Positions 12,781 to 25,360 of a DNA stretch of 64,000 bases are shown here, one piece after another. The translations under genes and the position numbers were made by a program. Each line of letters opens with the position of its first letter. Position 1 is the stretch's first letter. The DNA is from the human T2T-CHM13v2.0 reference genome, Homo sapiens. The notes under the pieces were generated by a model, which was given only the letters and a program-made list of their open reading frames with translations, ran no database searches and was not told the DNA's origin. Where the stretch lies: NCBI RefSeq assembly GCF_009914755.1, contig NC_060936.1; one strand, 5' to 3'.

Positions 12781-14499
12781 AGATTACCATCTCTGTTTCT
12801 GCTATTTACAGATACTTCTAGTTTAATCACCTGGGAAAAGTTGTTTTACCCTAAGAAAACCTTTTCCCATTTCTGTACTGATGATTCTGTGTGATGTGTG
12901 GTGATTCACACAACTCCACATAAGTATTAAATTAATATACCTAAGCTAGATTGATAAATGGCCACCTTTAAAAAAAAATCTAAAAGTTTCAGATGTCTAA
13001 TTCATTGCCCACCTGCACCCCCCCCAAAAAAAAGTTAGAAAAGAAAAAAAAATTAAACTTAAATTTCCATGATTCTGTATATGCTTAGACCATGGCACTC
13101 GATATAGAAACCATGTGACCTTTCTAAAAAAATTTTTCAAGCCTGACTACTTAGGCTTCCTGTACCAAAAATATGATTTTAAAGGCTGTTTTATTCTTTT
13201 CAGGAGGCTTTTTTTTTTTTCAGATTTAGAAGTTTTAATTTACCAAACCATATGGAAGGAAAGGAAAGACTCCTATACTACAATCCAAATTTTTAATCCC
13301 CCCCACCAAGACTTTTATAGTTTCCGACTTGCTGATTAGATGAAATACAAACCCTATTATGGAATGGCTTAAACTCACAGTGCCAAAACCCCACAACCAT
13401 CTTTAACAGCTTCTTTCTAAATTATGACATTTGGCAAATTTCTGATCCCTATGGATAGCTTTTGTCTAATTTGGGGTTTCTTGGCCTGGTAACAGCCCAC
13501 TGGCTTAACATAGAATTTGCAAAGGTAGAAAATACCACACATTTTGACTTCTGAATGCTTTAAATATATTATAAAATGGAATTGGCTGCTAGTTTCAAGA
13601 GAAGAGGAATAGAAATTGAGTGGTGTTTTCACTCTTTAATCAAAACTGGCCGAAGGGAAAATATGTAAAAATGAAATGCAACTATATTAGACTTAGACTG
13701 GAGAGTAGGATTTTATATAAGACTTATATGTTTACAAGATATATTAGAAAAATATTGATTATTAGTACTTTTATTACAGTCAGTGGAATGATTCACTCAG
13801 TACTTTTTTTAAAGTTTGTCTTTAAGAATTTGTGTAATATTTACAGAATTTAGAAAAGTTCAAACGGATTTAAGGTTTCCCAGAATGCTTTGGCACATTT
13901 TATAGATCAAATCCTCTTTTATTTTTCTGCCAAAAATGTCCTTTTCCTCTCTTTGCCTGTTCAGATTTTATTTCTTCCGTGAAGTCTTGCCTGACTTTCT
14001 TAAGCAGTTACTTTTTTGTTTTTTCTCTATACTTCATTAGTACCGGTCTCAGTATCTTCATAGTAGGACACTTCCAAATAGAATGACACATACATATGTG
14101 TCTGTTTTTTGACACTAGATATGGGGCAGGGGGTGAGTCTTTACTTTTTATTTCTTCAGTACCTGCCATTTCAATGTATTAGTTACTATCCCTGTACCCA
14201 TGTGCCTTTTCCTTTATAAGTTATTTAAGGGCTGGGGACATGGCTTTTAAATGTTTTTGTTCCCTCCCTCCCCTCCAGTACTCATTCCCTCATTAATCCC
14301 TTCCTTTGGTCAACACATATATTGAGACTTATTTCTTCAAGCTAGGTATTGCTTTAATCCTCAGTGATCTGTGCTGAAAAAAAATGAATGAGGGTGGCAT
14401 GATTATAGAGTGAACACACAGTAATCTTCCAAAATCCTAGATGGGGAGATGGGCACAAGAGGGGCGTGCATCTCTTCAGTGCCTGTGCTTGACATGTGA

Positions 14500-14660
14500 T
14501 ATTTAATAGAAGCTTGATAACAACCCTTAGGGAGTATTATCCCCTTTTTATAAATGAAGAATCTGAGCTTCAAAGGTTTGAGGAACATCCTCAAAAGTCA
14601 TTTCACTACTAAACAGTAGAATTGAATATAACTTCAAGGTTTTCTGAACTGCCATTAATT
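14500..14660 (-). mobile_element. MIR
   Basis: attatcccctttttataaatgaagaatctgag reverse MIR core. Confidence 0.55.
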
Positions 14661-16392
14661 TTCTGTCCACATTAAATAATTTTAAGTGTGGAGTTTTTTT
14701 TTCCCATTTGGTGTATGTGATTAAACTGATTGGAGATTGGAAAAATAACTTGACTACCTTGTTACTTAGTAAGTTACAAGTTATTTAGTTACTCAATAAC
14801 TACTTATTCCCCCATCCTCTTTTTATAACTTATTTTTAGAAACTATCTTTGGATACTAGTTTAATTTGAGTGGTTAAACAGAATTTTATTATTAGGCATG
14901 ATAGGTCATGAACATAAGACTTCAGTTTTAGGCTACTGACAATTTTATATCCTACATTATACTTCTAATACAAAAATTTCGGGGTATCCTGGGGAATAGT
15001 TTTGTATTAGAGTCATTGTAGCCTCCATGTTTAAATATAGTTGGACCCAAGTGACATCTCTTTAAAATATATGGAAATTTCATACCAATGTCATGTCCAA
15101 TTAAAATACTAAACACAAGATGAGTTTGAATTGCTCTGCTTAAAATTGTGATTTATTCCTTGTTTGAACTTTGTTACCTAGGGCAAGTGCCATGAATTTA
15201 AAATTGGGCATGCTAAAAGAGAGAAAAGAAGGAATAACATTTCCATTAATATGGTATTTCAGATGGTTTTATAGCTGTTTCTAAAGTTGTGTGGGTTCTG
15301 TAGTTGTGTGCGCATGCTTACTTCGTTTCTTTTTGTCCTTTTTATTTAAGCCAAATATTTTTCAGTTTTGTGAGCCAATAAAATTAATATTGACTTAAAT
15401 TGTAGTAAAAGTTACTTGGCTGTTAGCTTATTTTCCAGATTCAGGTTAGTAGGAGAGAAGGAAGGATATTGGAGACTCTGACAGTAATTCTTGATACAGA
15501 AAACCTTTATTTTGGCTACGGCATGAGAGCACTGAGCCAGACTCCTGTGTCTAGCCAAAGTTAATTAGGCTACATAAAACTCCAGTTGTGGAAGTAGTGG
15601 AGGTTCCACAGAAAAGTCCCATACCCCAGGCTGAAATGGTGTCAGTGTAGTTTATCTGGAAATGTAATGCAGTGTGTTTCCATGGGCCTTTTGCTATTAT
15701 TATTTAGAGCTAAGACTTCTTTTTCATTCATTTGACCCTCTCCAGAGAAGAGTTACCTCCATTTTGGAAGCTGACCAATATTTGGGTTTTTTTGTTTGTT
15801 TGTTTATTTATTATAATTACTGCACAGACATGTTTAGATTGGAGCTAGTTCAGAACAAATGGTAATTTTTCCTGTTAATCTGATTGAGTAATTATTATGG
15901 GTATATATAATTCAAGTTGCTAAATTTATTCTATGAAAAAGTGAAGACATAATATCACATATATCATGCTACTGAAATATTGGATGAAAATATAGAAGGA
16001 AGTTTAATCACCACAATATATTCAGCTAAGCCTTTATATGAAGTTGCTGTACCTGAACGTTATGATTTATCAGTCTGGAGCTAATAGAGTTATCATTGTA
16101 TTATTTTTACTCTGAAGCATAATGAATCTGATAGTTCATTTTTAAGGATCTCCCTTCCACTCCAAATATGCATTTGTTTTCTAGTATCAGTCTTATGATT
16201 ATTCTACTTGCTGTCACTAAGTGACACAGGAATCTCCAAAATCTCTCAGGCTTTGATTCAACTTTTGTATGTCACTTAGTAGAAATCATCATTAGAGCTA
16301 TTTCTTTTGCCTGATAGTCTCAGGAGCAATAAAAATTAAAATACTCAAATTCTTTTGAGTATGCCACTAATGTGGCATTAAAGGCCACATGA

Positions 16393-16737
<345 letters not shown>

Positions 16738-16772
16738 AGCTTTTTATTTATTTATTTCAAAACAAGTAAGAT

Positions 16773-17168
16773 TAGTTGACCCTTGAACAACACAAGTTTG
16801 AACTGTGCAGGTCTACTTATACACAGTTTTTTTTTTCAATAAATACATTGGAAAATTTTTTGGAGATTTGCAACAATTTAAAAAAACAGGCAGACAAACT
16901 TCATAGCCTAGATATATTGAATAACTTTTTTTAAAGTTAGATGTGTCATAAATACATAAAATATACGTAGATACTAGTCCATCATTTACTGCCATAAGAT
17001 ATACACAAGTCTATTATAAAAAGTTAAAATTTATCAAAATTTATGCACACAAACACAGGCTATTATTATATTATTAGTTAAGTTTTGGAGGAGTCAAAAG
17101 TTATATGTACATTTTCACCTGCATGAGGGCTGGCCGCTCTAACCCTCACATTGTTCAAGGGTCAATTG
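16773..17168 (+). mobile_element. Tigger2a/MER28-like non-autonomous DNA transposon
   Basis: Terminal inverted repeats agttgacccttgaacaa ... ttgttcaagggtcaattg, followed by TA. Confidence 0.85.
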
Positions 17169-17196
17169 TATATTGCTTTTAAGGTAACTTACATTT

Positions 17197-17597
17197 TGTC
17201 ATAGTCAGCGACTCTCTGAGGCTGGCGTGCGGGTGGTAAAGGAATTTACCAAGACATTAATGAGTGTAGAAAGACAGATTTATTTAGAGAAACGGGGGAG
17301 ATACATTGCAAGGGAGCAATGGGCAAGACAGCGGAGGGAAGGCTGTCTGCTATTTGCAAAGAGGTAGGGGCTAGATGGGAGTTTTATAAGGCTGTGCTGC
17401 TTTAGGCTGAATGCTTGCAGACAGGATGCTTGGGTCCAGGGGGTGCTGTGAGCAGCGTGCATGTAACAGGGTGCTTGGGTGCTAGTGAGCCATTTGGGGT
17501 TGACCTCATTTCTCATAACATTTGCCCTCTACCCCTGTTTCTGTTCCTGCTATCTAAGCCCATTTGTAATTTTTTATTAACTCCCCAGGGGTCCACA
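17197..17597 (-). mobile_element. Solo LTR, family unassigned (5-bp TSD suggests ERVL class)
   Basis: TG...CA ends; CATTT duplicated at 17192-17196 and 17598-17602; TATA-like ttttataa read on minus strand. Confidence 0.7.
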
Positions 17598-17607
17598 CAT
17601 TTTTAAA

Positions 17608-17886
17608 ATTTTATTTTTTATATTTTTGAGACAGGGGTCTCGCTGTATCGCCCCAGGCTGGAGTGCAGTGGCACGGTCTTGGCTCACTGGAATTCTCACT
17701 TGGCTCAAGCAATTCTCGTGCCTCAGCCTCTGAAGTAGCTGGGACTACAGGTGCCCGCTACCGGGCCCGGATAATTTTAGTAAAGCTGTGGTTCCGCCAT
17801 GTTGGCCAGGCTGGTCTCAAGTCATCTGCCCACCTCGGCCTCCCAAAATGCTGGGATTACAACAGGCATGAGCTACCGTGCCCGTC
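17608..17886 (-). mobile_element. Alu (AluJ-like) with small internal deletions
   Basis: Reverse Alu; TSD cacacattt at 17594-17602 and 17888-17896. Confidence 0.9.
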
Positions 17887-18780
17887 TCACACATTTATTG
17901 TTGTTATTTAACTTGTCTGTTTGGTTTCTGTATCTGATCTATCATCGTCATTTAATGCAATATAAATAGCCAGCTGGTTCAAGCCCTCATAATCCCTAGT
18001 ACTCTGATATTCCATATTACTGGAGGCATATAGATGGAGAAGTGACATGCTTTTTAAATATAGCTTGGCTTTCTTACAGAACTAAAAAAAAAAAAAAAAG
18101 GCAGTCCTGTATAAAAACTTGCATTGGATACACATTTTTGTTGAGCCTGAACTTTGTCTCTTTCTGTCTAATAAGCAGTGGTGGTACAAAGACTAACAGC
18201 ATTCCCTTGGCCTCCGTGTATTTTATTTAGGTGAAATTCACAATAAAAGTCAGTCTACCATACTAGTGACTGGTGGAAATCGTTTTTGTTTCAGAAAGCA
18301 CAATTATGTAGGTACATTCATTGTATTACCTTACCCTTTAATTTTTATTATAGGCACAGGATCCCATACCACTTGGAAGATTCCACCCCCCGCCCCCCAT
18401 TTTATAGCTTTCATTTGTTAAATAAGCCCCATTGATACTCTATGATACTTGACTTCATAGCTTCCAGCTTGTTATTCTTTCTGCTACATCATATTGACTC
18501 TCCTATCACATAATAAAGCATAAAAACATTTTCACATGAGTTAAACTTTTTAGTTTATGCTTTATGTTTCCCTTGCTTGGTAATTTTTTTCTAATAATAT
18601 ATCAAGTAGAACATTTGAGTATCGCTCCTTGTTAAAACAGCATCTGGTCTAAGCCTATGTTGACTCTTAGGAGTGATGGTACAGACAATATACATTTTTA
18701 GAAACATATTTCTTCTCAAGTAGTTGGGCCAATGCTTTTACAAAAGGAAATGTATTTTTTCCTTGTGGCATTTGGTTATA

Positions 18781-18814
18781 CACACACACATACACACACA
18801 CACACACACGCACA
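18781..18814. repeat. Interrupted (CA)n microsatellite
   Basis: Direct reading. Confidence 0.9.
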
Positions 18815-19249
18815 TAAACGATGCCACATCTGTTCTAAGATGTGAAGGTCTTCGTTTTTGCAGACTCATAAATTGGTTCAAAACCTGCCTGGCCATGAAC
18901 ATGTTCACAAGTTCATAAGGTTTTTGTGATTTCCCCTTATGTTTACCTATGTTACATTTGAGGCTCATGAGGCTCAGCAACCTGAAGCATGAAGCCTGCA
19001 GAGCTATGGAGTGTATCCTTAGTTTTTAGTAAAATTGTACTTGCTTCAAACACAGTTAATTCTGGGGTCAGCTTCACATTTTTCCCAAGTTCTGAGCTTC
19101 TTATTCATTTCATATATCCCTTGATATATTAAATAAATCCTCATCTCTTGTTTTCTTCATCTTATGAAGAATTAAATATTACATATAAGGTGGATTGTTT
19201 TGTGAGGTGGCTCCCTCCTGTTTTCTGAAAGCAGTACTATTTAAATTGC

Positions 19250-19393
19250 TTTGTTTGTTTGTTTTTGAGACAGGGTCTTGCTCTGTCACCGGAGCTGAAG
19301 TGTAGTGGTCCACACCTCCTTGGCTCAAGCTGTCCTCCTTCCTTGAATCCCCCAAGGGACTGGTATGAAAGTTGTGAGCCACCACACCAGCCC
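19250..19393 (-). mobile_element. Diverged Alu monomer (FLAM-like)
   Basis: tttgagacagggtcttgctctgtcacc ... tgagccaccacaccagcc, ~140 bp. Confidence 0.75.
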
Positions 19394-20611
19394 TTTAAAA
19401 TTGCTCTTTAGCTTTTTGGTTATTATGCTAAAATATACATATGTGGTATCTCATGTACATAAATGCCTGACTTCAAAATGCATAAAAACATTTTGAAAAG
19501 AAACCTTCATTCAGTTTTTAGATTTTTCTTCTAATACAGTTCTGAAAGGAAAATGCATTTTCTGTGTATATTTTTAAATGAAAAGAATTTTAACATAGCT
19601 ACTGGTAAAAAAGATTTAAGTATTTGTATTTGTGATAGAAAATAGTGACAGTGGAGTTTACAGCTGAGTTTTTAATTTGAATGTGATGTATATAGTTTTC
19701 CTCAAATGTGAAGTTTTGAAGGAACCATTATTATACTCCACACTGAAAGGGGTGAGGGTGAAGGGCATGGGAGACCTGAGTGAATTGGCTTGACCTTTAT
19801 CTGGTAAACATTTAACTGGTAGAATGTTGGATTGAAGCCAGAGCACCTGAGCACTTACCTGCCTAGTAATTGATTTCTTCTCACAGTGGAAGGCATAATT
19901 CTTTTAAAAGGCTTAAAATTGCAGGACTCTCATTTGTACAACATAATTGAGGCTCTTTGTCAAAAGTGACAGGATGAGGTACATTCTTGAGCATATACTG
20001 TAATTCAGTCTGCATGGCAATAACAGTACCTGTGGTAGAAGACCTCAATATGCAGAATGACTCATGTGTAAGTAGGACTCTTTTGTCAGTTTGACATTAG
20101 CTGTATGGCATAGAGTTTACACTGGGCACTGACTGTTGTATAAAGCCATATATAATGATGTCATATAATGGAGAAATAAGTATTGTGGTTTTTAGAGGTA
20201 ACATCACCAAGAAATTTTTGTCTCTGAAAGATGAAACCTGAAGATATCATCTATTTTATAGGTTTTTCTATTTCTCATCTTTTGAGATGAAATAGCAATA
20301 GCTAAAAGAGAAATAGACTTTCTGTCTGCTTGAATCAGAAATTTACTCACTTAAAGCAGAAAATTACTTGATCCGAAGCCTATGACCTTATGTTGTAAGA
20401 TTTCCTTGTATATCTCAAAGAGGTTACATCAGCAGAAGTAAAGGATTAAGTTTCAATCTATTGCTTTGGCTCAAGATGTTTTCCTGAGGGTGTCTGTCTT
20501 CCCCTTTTCTACCTAGGGTACACATTTGCCAAAGTGGTAATCACTCCACTCTCTCTCTGCTGATATGGAAGAGGACTCTTCCATCCTGACTCCCTCACCA
20601 TTTTGATACTT

Positions 20612-20782
20612 CCCTCTCTCTCTCTCTCTCTCTCCCCCACCCCTCCCCCTCTCCCTCCCCCTCTCCCTCTCTCTCTCTCTCTATATATATATATAGTTAT
20701 GTATAGTTATATACGTCTATATTTATATAGGTGTATATAACTTTGCTTTTACACATTTGCCTGGACTGTGTGTGTGTGTGTC

Positions 20783-20815
<33 letters not shown>

Positions 20816-21139
20816 GTGTATATATATATGTGTATATATATATGTGTGTATATATATATATGTGTATATATATATGTGTGTATATATATATGTGTATATA
20901 TATGTGTATATATATATGTGTATATATATATGTGTATATATATATGTGTATATATATATGTGTATATATATATGTGTATATATATATGTGTATATATATA
21001 TGTGTATATATATATGTGTATATATATATGTGTATATATATATATGTGTATATATATATATGTGTATATATATATATGTGTATATATATATATGTGTATA
21101 TATATATGTGTATATATATATATACACACAGAGAGAGAG
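20612..21139. repeat. Compound microsatellite: (CT)n, C-rich, (TA)n, (TG)n, long (TATATATATGTG)-type array, (GA)n
   Basis: Direct reading; ~330 bp TA/TG array at 20800-21125. Confidence 0.97.
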
Positions 21140-22584
21140 AACTATAATATTTTTATATATAGTTATGTATGTCTGTATTTATGTAGGCATATGTAACTGC
21201 ATTTTTACCTTTATATATTTGCTTTGACTGTAAACATTAGCAAAGCTGACTCAACAAGTAATGCTACATAGCAAGGATTGCTTTTAAGTAAGAATAAAAA
21301 GAAGAATTTCAAATATGCTGAAATTTAAGAATGCCAAGAAGATTTTACTACTGCCATTATTTTACTGCTGCCATTTTTGCTTTGATAGGAATTATCAAAG
21401 CAGTATTCCTAAAATGTACAAAATCCATTTCCAAAATATATTCCACGTAATATAATACTTCTAGATGTCCTTTGAAAAAAAAATCCAGTAGCCAAATTAG
21501 TGTGAGGAAAGATACATACTATATTTCATTCTTAAAATATGTATATATTATATCCATTAAAGGCTCTGAAAGTCTTCTTTGTATTTAAAGCCCTATTTAG
21601 CTTATTCATCATATGAAACAGGTTTTTTCAAGTTGAATCCATTTATCCCAAGATAACAGTATTCTGCCAAATGTACTTTGGAGAATTTTATAAGATACCA
21701 AACTGAAAGGGAGCAGTCATGCAGAATACAAAAGTTTTAGAAATAAACATAAGTGAAAGAAACTACTATTTACCTGGTAAACTGGTAGACCTTGAGTTGG
21801 TGACAGAACACCTGAGCTGTTGCTTACTCAGTAATTTATTACTGTCAAGTGTGCTGTCAGTGTTTAGCATTGGAAAACTTACTAAAAAAGAGTGTGATTC
21901 ATTGCTCTCCTCTATGATTGATATGATGGGTGGACGGAGATAATAGGAGAGCTCCAGGAAATCAGCATGGAAGTGCCAATGAGGTCAACATTTTGAAAGA
22001 GAAAGATTTCTTATTAACATCGAGGCTAGAGCTATGCAGAAAATAGCCATTTGTCTAGATGAATCCAAAAGAAAAGAGTTGAACTACTAGTTGATAATGT
22101 TTTAATGCATTTAAGGATGTATATGTAATTTTCAGAATACTAGTTAAAAAAAACAAAAACAACTTTTTTTCATGCTTACAAAACCAGTCATAAGTTTGAA
22201 AGAGGAAATTGACTTTATTAATTTGTGATCTTAAGCAAATTGTAATTATTTTCCATTTCTCAAATAGAAACAGCATTTGGTGATTCCAGTATTTAAAATC
22301 TTTTCCTCACATATCTCTGGCAAATGTTGTTACTTATATCCTATACAGAATAATACATCAGAGGAAGCAGTTATGACTTTGAGATTTTTCCTTTAACTGG
22401 GATGCTCTCACCCTCCACATTTAGCAGTTTGAGTCATAATCTTTTTTTAAGTTTTATCTTATGAATTTATTTGTGTTGCAAACTATTCCAACATGAAAAA
22501 AAATATGAGGCACCTATGTATTTTTAACTCAGATAAAACAAAGGCTATAATTTTATGGCACTTCTGATAGACTTTTTAATGCAA

Positions 22585-23150
22585 TTAATTTTTAATAAAT
22601 ATTTATTTTAGAATAGTTTGATTACAGAATTGAAGTTAGTACAGAGAGTTCTCATATTCCCACACTCAGTTTCCCCTATTATTAATATAATACATTAGTA
22701 TGATACAGTTGTCACAATTAATGTGCCAACATAGATATATTGTTATCAACTAAAGTCCATATTTTATCCAGATTTCTTCAGTTTTTCCTTCATGTCCTTC
22801 TGTTGTTCCAGGATCCCATTTAGGAAACCACGTTACATTTAGTAGTCATGTCTCCTTAGGCTCCTCTTGCTGTGACAGTTTCTCAGACTTATTTTTATTA
22901 TGATGACCTTGACAATTTTGAGGAGTAAAGGTCATATATTTTGTAGAATGTTCCTCAGTTGGTATTTGGCTGATATTTTGTCACGATTAGACTTAGACTA
23001 TGGGGTTTGGGAGGAAAACCACCAGAGGTAAATTATCATCCTCATCATATCAAGGATATCTATTAGCGATGTGACTTATCATTGTTTATGCTAAACTTGA
23101 TAACATGGCTTGAGGTAGTTTTTGTCAGAGTTCCCCATTGTAAAGACACT
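22585..23150 (-). mobile_element. L1MC-like 3' UTR
   Basis: agtacagagagttctcatattccc...cagtttcccctatt...caggatcccat...ttacatttagtagtcatgtctccttagg. Confidence 0.8.
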
Positions 23151-23153
23151 CAG

Positions 23154-23530
23154 TGTATTCCGTTTTCACGCTGCTGATAAAGACACTCCCAAGACTGGGC
23201 AATTTACAAAAGAAAGAGGTTTAATGGACTTATAGTTCCACATGGCTGGGGAGGCCACAAAATCATGGCGGAAGGCAAAAAGGAGCAAGTCACATTTTAC
23301 ATAGATGTCAGCAGGCAAAGAGAGAGAGAGAGAGAGAATGCTTGTGCAGGGAAACTCCCGTTTTTAAAACCATCATATCTCATGAGACTTACCCACCATC
23401 ACGAGAACAGCATGGGAAAGACCCACCAGCATGATTCAGTTATCTCTCACCAGGTCCCTTCCACAATATGTGGGAATTATGGGAGCTACAAGATGAGATT
23501 TGGATGGGGACACAGAGCCAAACCATATCA
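23154..23530 (-). mobile_element. THE1 (MaLR) 3' LTR
   Basis: tgtatt..ccgttttcacgctgctgataaagac ... ccaaaccatatca, followed by reverse polypurine tract ttctgcccc. Confidence 0.93.
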
Positions 23531-23752
23531 TTCTGCCCCTGAACCCTCCCAAATCTCATGTCTTCACATTTCAAAACCAATCATGCCTTCCCAACAGTCT
23601 CCCAAAGTCTTAACTCATTTCAGCATTAACTTAAAAGTTCACAGTCCAAAGTCTCCTCTGAGACAAGGCACGTCCCTTCCACCTATGAGCCTTTAAAATC
23701 AAAAGCAAGTTAGTTAATTCCTAGATAAAATGAGGATACAAGCATTAGGTAA

Positions 23753-24128
<376 letters not shown>

Positions 24129-25050
24129 AGGGCAGTCAAATCCTAAAGCTCCATAATGATCTCCTTTGAATCTATGTCTCACATCCAGGTCATGCTGATG
24201 CAAGATGTGGGTTCCTCTGGTCTTGGGCAGCTCCACCCCTGTGACTGCAGGGTATAGCCCTCCTCTTGGCTGCTTTCATGGGCTGGTGTTGTGTGTCTGT
24301 GGCCTTTCCAGGTGCATGGTGCAAGCTGTCAGTGGATCTACCATTCTGGGGTCTGGAGGACTGTGGCCCTCTTCTCACAGCTCCAGGTGGAGCCCCAGTG
24401 GGGACTCTATGGGGACTCTGACCCCACATTTCTCTTCTGCACTGCCCTAGCAGAGGTCCTTCATGAGGGCTCCACCCATGCAACAAATTTTTGCCTGGTC
24501 ATCCAGGCATTTACATACATCTTCTGAAATCTAGGTGGAGGTTCCCAAACCTTAATTCTTGACTTCCGTGCACCTGCAGGCTCAACACCACATGGAAGCT
24601 GCCAAGGCATGGGGCTTCCACCCACTGAAGCAACAGCCTCCAGCTGTACCTTGGCTCATTTTAGTCATGGCTGGAGGGATAGGACATAGGACACCAACTT
24701 CCTAGGCTGTACACAGCACAGGGACCCTGGGCCGGACTCACAAAACCACTTTTTCCTTCTAAATCTCCGGGCCTGTGATGGGAGGGGCTGCCACAAAGGT
24801 CTCTGACACGCCCTGAAGACATTTTTCCCATTGTCTTGGTGATTAACATTCGGCTCCTCGTTACTTATGCCAATTCCTGGAGCAGGCTTTAGTTTCTCCT
24901 CAGAAAATAGGATTTTCTTTTCTATTGCATTGTTAGCTCGCAAATTTTCCAAACTTTTACGCTCTGCTTCCCTTATAAAACTGAATGCCTTTAACAGCAC
25001 CCAAGTCATCTCTTTAATGCTTTGCTGCTTAGAAATGTCTTCCACCTTAG

Positions 25051-25360
<310 letters not shown>

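Noticed and set aside
20723-21227. Five overlapping 126-156 aa ORFs rich in Y/I/C/V/H/T
   Set aside because: Translation of a TA/TG microsatellite that happens to lack stops; the same applies at 57302-57724
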